From IMG/VR virus record IMGVR_UViG_3300045988_111196: a stretch of DNA of 38,405 nucleotides; one strand, 5' to 3'. The DNA comes from a virus. Each line of letters opens with the position of its first letter. The stretch's first letter is position 1. Below the pieces are notes generated by a model, which saw nothing but the letters and a program-made list of their open reading frames with translations, was not told the DNA's origin and did not search any database. A program made the translations under genes and the position numbers. This document shows, in pieces, positions 24,605-32,604 of this stretch.

Positions 24605-25513
24605 ATGGCAAATATATATATCACAAAACGTAAGCCAAATACCTCCAGCTACACAATTGGTTTAGTTGGAGGAGAAAGGGGTGATAAGGGCTTGAATTAC
24701 TTAGCTGAGATTATCGCCTTCGAACGATGGCTCGAAAATAACTACTTGACCAGAGACGCCCAACTCCTGTGGTACAGATTAATGTACCAGGCTAATAAGT
24801 GTAACTGGCCTGAGTGGGTTACAGTAGATAACCTGAGATTGATGGCAGCCATGCAAATGAGTCGTGAGGCAACCTTTATAAAGGTGCGAGACGATCTCCT
24901 AAAAGCTGGTTTAATCGAATACCAAAAGGGCAAAAAAGGAAGCCCGAACAAATACAGATTAATACCTTTCACTTTCAAAAACGTAGTAAAAAGCGAAGTA
25001 GAAACGGTAGTAAATCCAGTAGTAAAAAGCGAAGTAGAAACGGTAGTACAACAAGTAGCAGAAACCGTAGACATAGATAAATATAAAACAGAAACTAAAA
25101 ATAAAAAGAAAGATACTAACGTATCTAAAGAAAAAATCGACTTTGCGGCGATTTCCGACTTGTACAATAGCATCTGTGTATCTTACCCGACATTGAAGAC
25201 CATGTCTGAGAGACGGAAAAAAGCTATCCGTGCGAGGATGAATACAGGATATACAGTTGATGATTTCCGTATTTTGTTTAAAAAGGCTGAGAGTAGCAGC
25301 TTCCTGAAAGGGCAGAACAACCGGAACTGGTCCGCCACATTCGACTGGCTGATCATGGACGGTAACATGGCAAAGGTGCTGGATGGAAATTATGACGACA
25401 AAGGGCAGAAAGGAGAAAGATATGACACTGGACGAGAAACTGGAAGAGATGAGAAAAGCCTCACAGAACTCGGAATTGAAGCAGGACTTGGGAGAGAGTT
25501 CTCAGGATTCTAA
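24605..25513 (+). CDS. Replisome organiser / replication initiator (winged-helix N-terminus, Phg_2220_C-like C-terminus)
   Basis: N-terminal motif LLWYRLMYQANKCNWPEWVTVDNLRLMAAMQMSREATFIKVRDDLLKAGLIEYQKGKKG. C-terminal motif YPTLKTMSERRKKAIRARM...FLKGQNNRNWSATFDWLI. Confidence 0.7.
   Translation: MANIYITKRKPNTSSYTIGLVGGERGDKGLNYLAEIIAFERWLENNYLTRDAQLLWYRLMYQANKCNWPEWVTVDNLRLMAAMQMSREATFIKVRDDLLKAGLIEYQKGKKGSPNKYRLIPFTFKNVVKSEVETVVNPVVKSEVETVVQQVAETVDIDKYKTETKNKKKDTNVSKEKIDFAAISDLYNSICVSYPTLKTMSERRKKAIRARMNTGYTVDDFRILFKKAESSSFLKGQNNRNWSATFDWLIMDGNMAKVLDGNYDDKGQKGERYDTGRETGRDEKSLTELGIEAGLGREFSGF
24983..25048 (+). repeat. Two exact 30-bp direct repeats (iteron-like) inside the replisome organiser gene
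   Basis: GTAGTAAAAAGCGAAGTAGAAACGGTAGTA occurs at 24983-25012 and 25019-25048. A degenerate third GTAGCAGAAACCGTAGA follows, then an A/T-rich stretch. Confidence 0.85.
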
Positions 25514-26237
25514 GTGTCAGTGTGGCGGTATGGGATGGATACCGTACAAGAAAGATGGCTTGTGGTTTACAAAAGAATGTGAGTGCCGGGCGAAAGAAAT
25601 TGCAGAGAGCCGTCTGAGGTTTGCAAATATACCTGAGCTGTTCCAGGAACTTACGTTGAAAACATTCCGGGCAGACATCTACAGAGAGCCGGAGAGTGTA
25701 GCGAAGATTAATCTCGCTTGCAATATCGTAAAACGGTATCTTGAGAATTTTGAGGAGATGGAAGCTGCTGGAATGGGATTATATCTTGTTTCACACACGA
25801 AAGGTTCAGGAAAGACAAGAATGGCGGCAGGAATCGCAAATGAACTGATGGCGAGAGGGAAACAGGTCAAGTTTGCTGTATCTTCTGCAATCTTGAAAGA
25901 GATAAAGGACACGTGGCATGAGGGGAGCGATTACACAGAGAGCAGACTGATAGATCAATTGTGCCTAACAGAAGTGCTGATCGTAGATGATTTCGGAGCC
26001 GAGAAGATTTCGGACTGGGTGAATGAGAAATTTTATCAAATCTTAAACGAGCGCTATGTGCGGCGGAAAGTGACGATTTTTACGAGTAACGAGAAGCTTT
26101 GTGAGAGCAAATATGACGAGCGCATCATAAGCAGGCTAAAAGAGAATTGTTACGAGGTAGACTTCCCGGAGGAATCTGTCAGAGAGTTGCTTGCAGAGCA
26201 GAAAAAAGCGGAAATGCTGAAAAGTCTTAGATCATAG
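25422..26237 (+). CDS. DnaC/DnaI-like helicase loader (IstB-type AAA+ ATPase)
   Basis: RBS aggag lies ~6 nt before ATG 25422. N-terminal Cys cluster CQCGGMGW...ECECR, Walker A HTKGSGKT and Walker B LIVDDFGAE. Confidence 0.85.
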   Translation: MTLDEKLEEMRKASQNSELKQDLGESSQDSKCQCGGMGWIPYKKDGLWFTKECECRAKEIAESRLRFANIPELFQELTLKTFRADIYREPESVAKINLACNIVKRYLENFEEMEAAGMGLYLVSHTKGSGKTRMAAGIANELMARGKQVKFAVSSAILKEIKDTWHEGSDYTESRLIDQLCLTEVLIVDDFGAEKISDWVNEKFYQILNERYVRRKVTIFTSNEKLCESKYDERIISRLKENCYEVDFPEESVRELLAEQKKAEMLKSLRS

Positions 26238-26264
26238 CGTTCAAAGCTATATGGAGTAGAGAAT

Positions 26265-26591
26265 ATGGAAGGACAAATGAGTTTGTTTGATTTTATCGAA
26301 CATCCAGTGAAGCCTGGGGATTGGTTGGAAGAAAATCGACTTGGTGAAGAAATGACATTTGATGAAATAGCCGAGTCTGTCGGTAAAGTGATTGCGATTG
26401 ACATGAGTACAGAATCTCACGCATGGTACGAAGCAGTATGTGTTGAAAAGATACTGGAAAAGGATGAGTATGACGGAAAGTATCGGCGGCTAATCTATTA
26501 TGACGGAGTGAGACAAAGGGGACGTATCAGCGAGATGTATTTTCAAGGTGGCGGTTTAAGAGGTCGCCAAAGAGCATGGAGGATAAGATGA
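26265..26591 (+). CDS. Hypothetical protein
   Basis: 108-aa ORF in series with its neighbours. Confidence 0.4.
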   Translation: MEGQMSLFDFIEHPVKPGDWLEENRLGEEMTFDEIAESVGKVIAIDMSTESHAWYEAVCVEKILEKDEYDGKYRRLIYYDGVRQRGRISEMYFQGGGLRGRQRAWRIR

Positions 26592-26926
26592 GTTGGGTAG
26601 ATAAAGCACATAGACGCAATAAAGTAGCGAAGGACGTTGATAAGATCTTGAAAGATAAACGATTTATCGAGGCGAATAATCATAGAGAGGAACAGGCAGT
26701 CCTACAGGCAATGTGTTGGTTAGCATTTATTGGATGCGAATATTTGGAAATGCAGCACCGATACAAAAAGAATGGTCTGACAAGGTTTCTGAAATTTGTG
26801 AAAGGACGAATGGAAGAGATCGGGGATGATGAGAAGTATTTCAAGGACATCGTTGAGTACTACAAGAAGAATCACGATCTAGATGTTGCGACTACACTTG
26901 GAGTTAAGATCGGACAGGAGAATTAA
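26588..26926 (+). CDS. Hypothetical protein
   Basis: ATGA overlap with the upstream stop. RBS ggagg lies 5 nt upstream (the track start is 26576). Confidence 0.4.
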   Translation: MSWVDKAHRRNKVAKDVDKILKDKRFIEANNHREEQAVLQAMCWLAFIGCEYLEMQHRYKKNGLTRFLKFVKGRMEEIGDDEKYFKDIVEYYKKNHDLDVATTLGVKIGQEN

Positions 26927-26928
26927 GG

Positions 26929-27327
26929 ATGGACAGCAGTATGAAAGAAGTGAATTTATATCCGAAGGTATGCAATCTATGCGGTGGAAAAGTAGAATGC
27001 ATAAGCAACTCTGTAATTTATGGGAGAGAATATGGAAGTGGATATTGCTATAGATGTCAATCTTGTGGTGCTTATGTTGGAACACATAAACCTTGGCCGA
27101 AAAGGGCAATGGGAATTTTGGCAAACGCAGAGATGCGTGAGTGGAAAAGGAAATGTCATGAAGTATTTGACTCCTTTTGGAAAAATGAAGGGGGAAAGAA
27201 AAGGCGGATGATGTACAAGAGACTTGCAGAGAAAATGAATATACAAGTTTCAATGTGTCACTTTGGATATTTTGATACTGATCAGCTGAAACAGGCGTAT
27301 CAGATTATGAAGAATTGGAAAGTTTGA
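26929..27327 (+). CDS. Zinc-finger protein (DUF3268-like)
   Basis: CNLCGG...CYRCQSCGAYVGTHKPWP...GILANAEMREWKRKCHEVFD. Confidence 0.5.
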   Translation: MDSSMKEVNLYPKVCNLCGGKVECISNSVIYGREYGSGYCYRCQSCGAYVGTHKPWPKRAMGILANAEMREWKRKCHEVFDSFWKNEGGKKRRMMYKRLAEKMNIQVSMCHFGYFDTDQLKQAYQIMKNWKV

Positions 27328-27337
27328 GGTATAGAGC

Positions 27338-27688
27338 ATGAGCAGATTAACAAGAAAAGAAACAATAATTATAAGAGGAAATGAGACCGCGGCTTGTAAT
27401 TATAAAAATAATGAGTGTAATGACTCGTGCAGATATGGAATTTGCAAATGGCAAGAAAAAGCAAATATGCGGTTGAAAAAGTACGAAGATACCGGATTAA
27501 CTCCAGAGCAGGTGCAGGAGCTGAAGGAACGGGATACGGCGAAGAAACCGATTATCATCGGGGTGAATGGAGCAATTGGATGCAGAGTGGGGGAATGTCC
27601 AAAATGTGGAGGAATACTTAGAAGTTATATGAGGTTTTGCGACGAGTGCGGACAGAGATTAGATTTCGGAGGTTTAGATGAAATTTGA
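27338..27688 (+). CDS. Hypothetical protein with C-terminal zinc ribbon
   Basis: CPKCGG...FCDECGQ. Confidence 0.4.
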   Translation: MSRLTRKETIIIRGNETAACNYKNNECNDSCRYGICKWQEKANMRLKKYEDTGLTPEQVQELKERDTAKKPIIIGVNGAIGCRVGECPKCGGILRSYMRFCDECGQRLDFGGLDEI

Positions 27689-28175
27689 AAATGCATGTAA
27701 CTGCATAGTAGATTATTCAATTTTAGAAAAAGCAATAAAAGAAGAATGTAGTAGAAGAAATATCACACCCAAAGACGAATACAAAATTTATCTTTATCGT
27801 GGATATGCTGGAATTTCAATAAAGCATGACAAGGTGTCGGTACATAGAATAATTGGGAAATATATTGTTGGATTTAATTTCGATTCAGAAATTCACGTTC
27901 ACCATATTGATGGAAATAAATTAAATAATAATATTTCTAATCTTCAAGTAATTAAAAATTCGTTACATACAAAAGAACATAATTTAGTTCAATATGTTTC
28001 AGAAGAGTATAAAAGAAATTTTGGAAACAGGATGCGACATATTATTTCGAGAAGTGATGTTACAAAAGAAACAGTGATTTCTCTTAGGAACAAAGGGTTA
28101 ACAATCAACCAAATTGCTGAAAAACTAAATTGTGGATATAACACTGTTTGCAGAAGATTAGGAATGAAAGATTAG
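27678..28175 (+). CDS. HNH homing-type endonuclease with C-terminal HTH
   Basis: VHRII...IHVHHIDGNKLNNNISNLQVIKNSLHTKEH is an HNH_3-like motif. The C-terminus is LTINQIAEKLNCGYNTVCRRL. The gene is very AT-rich. Confidence 0.8.
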   Translation: MKFENACNCIVDYSILEKAIKEECSRRNITPKDEYKIYLYRGYAGISIKHDKVSVHRIIGKYIVGFNFDSEIHVHHIDGNKLNNNISNLQVIKNSLHTKEHNLVQYVSEEYKRNFGNRMRHIISRSDVTKETVISLRNKGLTINQIAEKLNCGYNTVCRRLGMKD

Positions 28176-28191
28176 ATTGGAGTGAGTGGAT

Positions 28192-28632
28192 ATGCGAGAA
28201 ATACTTTTTAAAGCAAGAACAACTAAAAAACATAATGAAAAACATGCATTTGATAATGTTTGGGTCGAGGGAGATTTAATAAGGAGTGGTGGAAAGTATT
28301 ATATTCATACAACAGGAAACAAAGTTAATGTTGACGAAGAGCTAGGGAAAATAATTGTCATGCATGAAATTGACCAAACCACTCTCTGCCAGTACACCGG
28401 ACTTGTAGATAAGAACGGTCAGAAGATTTGGGAGAATGATATTGTAAATAGAACTGATTTACATGTTGTAAGTGAGCCGTCTATCGGATTTATTGAATAC
28501 GATTTGGAAAACACGTCATTCTTAATACATTGGACAAATAAGGTAGAATATTCACCAACATATCATTGGAAAGATAAGTTGCAAGTAATCGGAAATATTT
28601 TCGATAATGCAGAGTTGTTGGAGGTGGAGTGA
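28192..28632 (+). CDS. YopX-family protein
   Basis: LCQYTGLVDKNGQKIWENDIV...VIGNIFDNAELL. Confidence 0.65.
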   Translation: MREILFKARTTKKHNEKHAFDNVWVEGDLIRSGGKYYIHTTGNKVNVDEELGKIIVMHEIDQTTLCQYTGLVDKNGQKIWENDIVNRTDLHVVSEPSIGFIEYDLENTSFLIHWTNKVEYSPTYHWKDKLQVIGNIFDNAELLEVE

Positions 28633-28823
28633 TGAAAATTCCAAAGAGAGTTCAAAATCTTCTTGATAGACGCGAGAAACTTGCAATGAATTTAATGAGT
28701 GTGAGCAGCGAATTAGATACATGGCTTGAAAAGAATGGTGCAGATTTTATGGATTCTGATTTGGTGAACAGTACGCTTACAGGATGCATGATTTATTGCG
28801 AGCCAGGAAATGCAAAAAAGTAA
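28632..28823 (+). CDS. Hypothetical protein
   Basis: 63-aa ORF overlapping the upstream stop. Confidence 0.35.
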   Translation: MKIPKRVQNLLDRREKLAMNLMSVSSELDTWLEKNGADFMDSDLVNSTLTGCMIYCEPGNAKK

Positions 28824-28850
28824 TATTGAAGATTATATAAAAGATAAAAT

Positions 28851-29426
28851 GTGGATTACACTGAGGAGATGGATAATATGCAAGCATTAGAGAAGATTTT
28901 GGAAGAGATAGAAGAACGTGTGAACATTGTTGAAAACATTCCAGTAAATGAAGATGATGATTTTCTGGATGGTGAGGAGTGTTATGAAGACGGAAGAGTA
29001 CAAGGTCGGTATGAAGAGCTGGTATGGTGCAGAGGCATGATCCATTCCCACATGGATGATGCGACAGATACGAATGACGGGTGGATTCTAGTAGAGGACG
29101 GATTGCCGGAAGAACATGATTCTATATTTGCAAAATTTAAAGGAACAGACATGTGGTCAAATGCAATGTTTGAAAAGTCGTCGGACAAAGTAAATGTAAC
29201 TTTTGAATTTGAAGACGGAACACGAAAATCCGGAACATCTTATACGATTGATGGAAAATGGAAGTGCGAAAAGGGGAATTGTGCTGTGAAACGAAAGGTT
29301 ATAGCATGGCGTCCACTTCCGGAACCATACAAGCCTAAGAAAGACCTTCCGGCAGCAGGAAATGAACAAATTTATGAAAGTGGAGTAGGAGGAGTGAAAA
29401 GGTGGACAACCTGGAAAACATTGTAA
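28851..29426 (+). CDS. DUF551-like protein (likely start ATG 28878)
   Basis: GWILVEDGLPEE...KVIAWRPLPEPY resembles the DUF551 pattern. Confidence 0.45.
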   Translation: MDYTEEMDNMQALEKILEEIEERVNIVENIPVNEDDDFLDGEECYEDGRVQGRYEELVWCRGMIHSHMDDATDTNDGWILVEDGLPEEHDSIFAKFKGTDMWSNAMFEKSSDKVNVTFEFEDGTRKSGTSYTIDGKWKCEKGNCAVKRKVIAWRPLPEPYKPKKDLPAAGNEQIYESGVGGVKRWTTWKTL

Positions 29427-29578
29427 ATAAAATGCAAAGCGACGCAGAAATGAAATACACAAGAACAGTAGAAAAAGAAAGAGCATACTGTGATGGATAC
29501 AAACAGGGTATTGAAGATTTGTATGCATATATACGACGGAGCAAAGCGTTTAAAGAGGGCAGCGGAGCACGGTCTTAA
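29402..29578 (+). CDS. 58-aa hypothetical (not in track)
   Basis: RBS aggaggag lies 7 nt before GTG 29402. Confidence 0.35.
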   Translation: MDNLENIVNKMQSDAEMKYTRTVEKERAYCDGYKQGIEDLYAYIRRSKAFKEGSGARS

Positions 29579-29689
29579 GTGCCGTTGCCCCGACCTCACA
29601 GTATTATAGGCTCCTCTACTATATATACACGCGAACTTGAAAAATCTAACGCTATTTAAAAAAATATAAAAATTAAAGAAGGTGATAAT

Positions 29690-29950
29690 TTGAGCTATGG
29701 AAGAACACGGAAACAAGCAAAGCTGGACGAAGAAAAGACCTTTGATGATATTATAAAGCGAGGACCGAGTGAAAACGCAAAGTGGCACATGCAGCGGAAA
29801 GCATACACAACATGCAGTCATCGCAAGGAGAGGAAACAGTTGGCAGAGTATAGTAGTGTGGCGGATTTTTATGAGGAAAGACTTAAGGGAGGTGGTGCCG
29901 GTGGACAAGTTAAAACTGAAAAAGTACAGACCGAACAAAGCAAGACTTAA
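29690..29950 (+). CDS. Hypothetical basic protein (TTG start; doubtful 3' end)
   Basis: RBS-like aaggtg is present. The ORF overlaps the next gene. Confidence 0.3.
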   Translation: MSYGRTRKQAKLDEEKTFDDIIKRGPSENAKWHMQRKAYTTCSHRKERKQLAEYSSVADFYEERLKGGGAGGQVKTEKVQTEQSKT

Positions 29951-30341
29951 GCGTATAGAAGAGAGGATATCAGAACTCTGTGAGACTGAGCCGGCAGGAG
30001 AAGTGATGGGAAAGGTTCGTGGGTCAAGTAAAGATTTTCCCTATACGGAAGTTAGGACATCTGTGATGATACCTGATCCGGATGAGCAGGAGCGAATAAA
30101 CAAGCAGATCAGGAAAAAAGAAGCGGAACGCCTGCAGGTAGTAGCAGAGATTCAAGAGGTGGAAGAGTTTCTTGACGGGATAGAGGATGTAGAGATTAAG
30201 GAGATTTTTGAATTGCTGTATGTAGAAGGGAAAAAGCAGAGAGAGGTTGCGGAGGTTATCGGATTGGAACGGAGTGTAATATCGAAAAAAATTACGAATT
30301 ATCTCAATTTGCACACAAAGCACAAAAATAGTGTGCTATAA
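29871..30341 (+). CDS. Late-gene transcriptional regulator with sigma-70 region-4-like HTH (alternative start GTG 29901)
   Basis: EIFELLYVEGKKQREVAEVIGLERSVISKKITNYL. GGGAGG lies ~9 nt before GTG 29901. Its position upstream of the packaging genes matches RinA/ArpU/DUF1492-type activators. Confidence 0.55.
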   Translation: MRKDLREVVPVDKLKLKKYRPNKARLKRIEERISELCETEPAGEVMGKVRGSSKDFPYTEVRTSVMIPDPDEQERINKQIRKKEAERLQVVAEIQEVEEFLDGIEDVEIKEIFELLYVEGKKQREVAEVIGLERSVISKKITNYLNLHTKHKNSVL

Positions 30342-30404
30342 TTATTCTAGAAAAGTTATAATTAACTTTAGACTTTTCTTCCCAAAACACACATACATTG
30401 AGAG

Positions 30405-30438
30405 AGACGCCTTGCAGAGATTGTGAGGTGTCTTTTTT
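30405..30438 (+). terminator. Rho-independent terminator after the regulator gene
   Basis: AGACGCCT (30405-12) pairs with AGGTGTCT (30426-33), followed by T6. Confidence 0.7.
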
Positions 30439-30445
30439 GTGAATT

Positions 30446-30481
30446 TTGTCAATAGACAAAAAAGAACAGACGTTCTATAAT
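30446..30481 (+). promoter_or_regulatory. Promoter of the two-gene cassette with overlapping palindrome
   Basis: TAGACA (30453-58), a 17-nt spacer, then TATAAT (30476-81). Inverted repeat TTGTCaataGACAA (30446-59) covers the -35. Confidence 0.6.
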
Positions 30482-30589
30482 GGATTTACTTCATACGTGA
30501 AATAAATGTCACACCATGTTGAATGATGATGAAAAATCTTGTATTATGTTTATAGGGTTTTGTTTATGTAAGTGTGTGGAGGAAAGAAT

Positions 30590-31561
30590 ATGAAACAAGA
30601 GAACATGAAAAGTAGTATGGTTGCAAACTTTAATTTGGTTTTTTATGGCGAGAATGGAAGTGAAGAACCATTGCTAAATTACTTTGATGCGATTTTTATG
30701 CCGGCACTCACTGCAAAGTATATTAAAAAAGCAGGAGATTCTGAGTTCTTTTTTACGGAAATTAATTTAGAAGAAGCAAGAGATGGAGAATATGTTTTAA
30801 CAGGTTTAATAGTTAAAAGAACCGTCTTAGAAGTAAAATCTGATGTGGATGAGAATTGGGATATAATTGAAAAGGATGAAAAATACCCGTCTGCACCATT
30901 CTCGATATTTGTGATTTATTTAAAGAATCATAGAATGCTATTTGTTAAAAATCAAAAGGGAAGTCCGACAATTCAAAATTTTAAGGCAACAGCGAAAGAT
31001 TTTTTGAATAGATTTGTTAAAGAGGAAAATCAGAGCTTAAAGGGAAAAAATAAAAAAGAACTTCCGATACCTATATTAAATGTAGTGGGTATTCCAATGA
31101 GGAAAAAATTGGTAGAATCATTAAAAGAAGTGGAAAAAATTAATGAACTGTGCTTAAGATTTTATCCATTAAATGGAGATATTGATTTTGGTGGGATATT
31201 AGGAGATATATCAAATGATGTCAGAAGAGCAGTGGGCTGTAAGAAAACAGATTTGATTTTAAAATCACCTGGAAATATAGAAGAAGTGATTGATTTAGTT
31301 GAAAAATCTAACGGGATTGTAGAGCCGATATTCAAGGTGACCTATAGAACTGAAGACGGAAAGAAGAAAAAGACAAGAATAAAAAATGAAAGAATTTCAG
31401 AGAGTATGAATTTGGATATTCGACAAGGGAATTTAAGAAACGAAATATCACAGATTATTGAAGAAGGTAAAAAATTGGAAAGCATTACATATGTGAGTGA
31501 AAATAACAATGAAATATATTCTAGAAACAGCAGTAAAATAATAGGTTTTATTAAAAAATAG
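30590..31561 (+). CDS. Cassette gene A: 323-aa soluble protein, no recognisable family
   Basis: GGAGG (30578-82) lies 7 nt before ATG 30590. I found no Walker, HNH, TIR or other motif. The gene is AT-rich. Confidence 0.8.
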   Translation: MKQENMKSSMVANFNLVFYGENGSEEPLLNYFDAIFMPALTAKYIKKAGDSEFFFTEINLEEARDGEYVLTGLIVKRTVLEVKSDVDENWDIIEKDEKYPSAPFSIFVIYLKNHRMLFVKNQKGSPTIQNFKATAKDFLNRFVKEENQSLKGKNKKELPIPILNVVGIPMRKKLVESLKEVEKINELCLRFYPLNGDIDFGGILGDISNDVRRAVGCKKTDLILKSPGNIEEVIDLVEKSNGIVEPIFKVTYRTEDGKKKKTRIKNERISESMNLDIRQGNLRNEISQIIEEGKKLESITYVSENNNEIYSRNSSKIIGFIKK

Positions 31562-31584
31562 TATTGGATGTGGAGGGTGAGAGA

Positions 31585-32229
31585 ATGAAAAAAATCGACA
31601 TTGATTTATTACAAAAAATGCTTGAACCTCAATCATCTGATCAAATAATGCTGGAATCTTTCGAGAGCTTAAAACCCACAAAAAAGGAGATTAAAAAATT
31701 CCTGTTTATTTGCTTAGTAGCATTGATTCCGGCATTGCTAATTGGCTATTCTGAAGATACGATTGATCTTTTTGAAAATTCAGTAGAAAAAATTAATGCT
31801 ATATTATTGGCGATATTTGGAATTGTATTTACAGGATATGTGTTTTTTCAAGCTTTGGTCAATGATGACTTATTGATTCGTATGTTGAATAGCAAAACTG
31901 AAAAAAATGGTAAAGACAAAAGCAAATTGCAAGAGACTAATGAGGAGTTTGTAAATTTGATGATGCTGTGCCTGTTTTTTATACTTTTGAATTTGTTTTT
32001 GTCATTGTGCTTAGGAGCTGTTCCAAATGATTTTGTATGTTTTGAAAGAAGAATATATAACAATGCTTTAGCAATACTATTGTTAAATTTATATTTCTTT
32101 TTCGCTTTTTATATAATGTGGGAGATAAAAAGTTTTATTTTTAACATTTTTCAGCTTTTCAAAATGCACGCGGGTACAAGAGTAATGGAAATTATAGAAA
32201 AAGAGAAAGATGAAGAACCAAACAATTAA
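31585..32229 (+). CDS. Cassette gene B: 214-aa membrane protein with four predicted TM helices
   Basis: GGAGGG lies 7 nt before ATG 31585, 23 nt after the gene A stop. Hydrophobic segments are FLFICLVALIPALLIGY, INAILLAIFGIVFTGYVFFQALV, FVNLMMLCLFFILLNLFLSLCLGAV and ALAILLLNLYFFFAFYIMWEI. Confidence 0.8.
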   Translation: MKKIDIDLLQKMLEPQSSDQIMLESFESLKPTKKEIKKFLFICLVALIPALLIGYSEDTIDLFENSVEKINAILLAIFGIVFTGYVFFQALVNDDLLIRMLNSKTEKNGKDKSKLQETNEEFVNLMMLCLFFILLNLFLSLCLGAVPNDFVCFERRIYNNALAILLLNLYFFFAFYIMWEIKSFIFNIFQLFKMHAGTRVMEIIEKEKDEEPNN

Positions 32230-32233
32230 ATAT

Positions 32234-32254
32234 GCACCCTTCGGGGTGCTTTTT
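32234..32254 (+). terminator. Rho-independent terminator (UUCG tetraloop)
   Basis: GCACCC-TTCG-GGGTGC followed by T5. Confidence 0.85.
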
Positions 32255-32303
32255 CAATACATAAAACATCTCATTCCTCACATACTATATCCGAGGTGAG
32301 GAA

Positions 32304-32450
32304 ATGGATAAGAAGGATCAAGAGAAGTTAAACAGAAAGAAAAGCAATGAAGAATTCAACAGCATTACTGAGAAGGTAAAGCCGGAGAATCAGAACCGGC
32401 ATCACAATGTCAGGAAAGAGGCAGTTGATGTGAAGATGAGACAAATGTAA
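32304..32450 (+). CDS. 48-aa basic hypothetical (not in track)
   Basis: The SD gaggtgagg is embedded in an 8-bp hairpin, TTCCTCAC (32274-81) / GTGAGGAA (32296-303). A weak terminator follows. Confidence 0.35.
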   Translation: MDKKDQEKLNRKKSNEEFNSITEKVKPENQNRHHNVRKEAVDVKMRQM

Positions 32451-32487
32451 GGCGTCCATTAGGGCGTCTTTTCTAATACCCAAATAT

Positions 32488-32559
32488 GGATACATAGCTC
32501 AGTGGTAGAGCACTTCACTCGTAGTGAATATGTCACAGGTTCGATTCCTGTTGTATCCA
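32488..32559 (+). tRNA. tRNA-Thr (anticodon CGT)
   Basis: Manual cloverleaf: acceptor GGATACA/TGTATCC, D arm GCTC-AGTGGTA-GAGC, anticodon arm CTTCA-CTCGTAG-TGAAT (one C-U mismatch), T arm ACAGG-TTCGATT-CCTGT, discriminator A. No CCA is encoded. Confidence 0.85.
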
Positions 32560-32604
32560 GAGATAGAAAATTAAAAAACAAACACGAATGAGAGGTGGTG
32601 AGGC

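Noticed and set aside
29372-29938. 188-aa minus-strand ORF
   Set aside because: It runs antisense to K/E-rich plus-strand genes and across an intergenic region. Its F/C/L-rich low-complexity translation is typical of a shadow frame, and it has no RBS.
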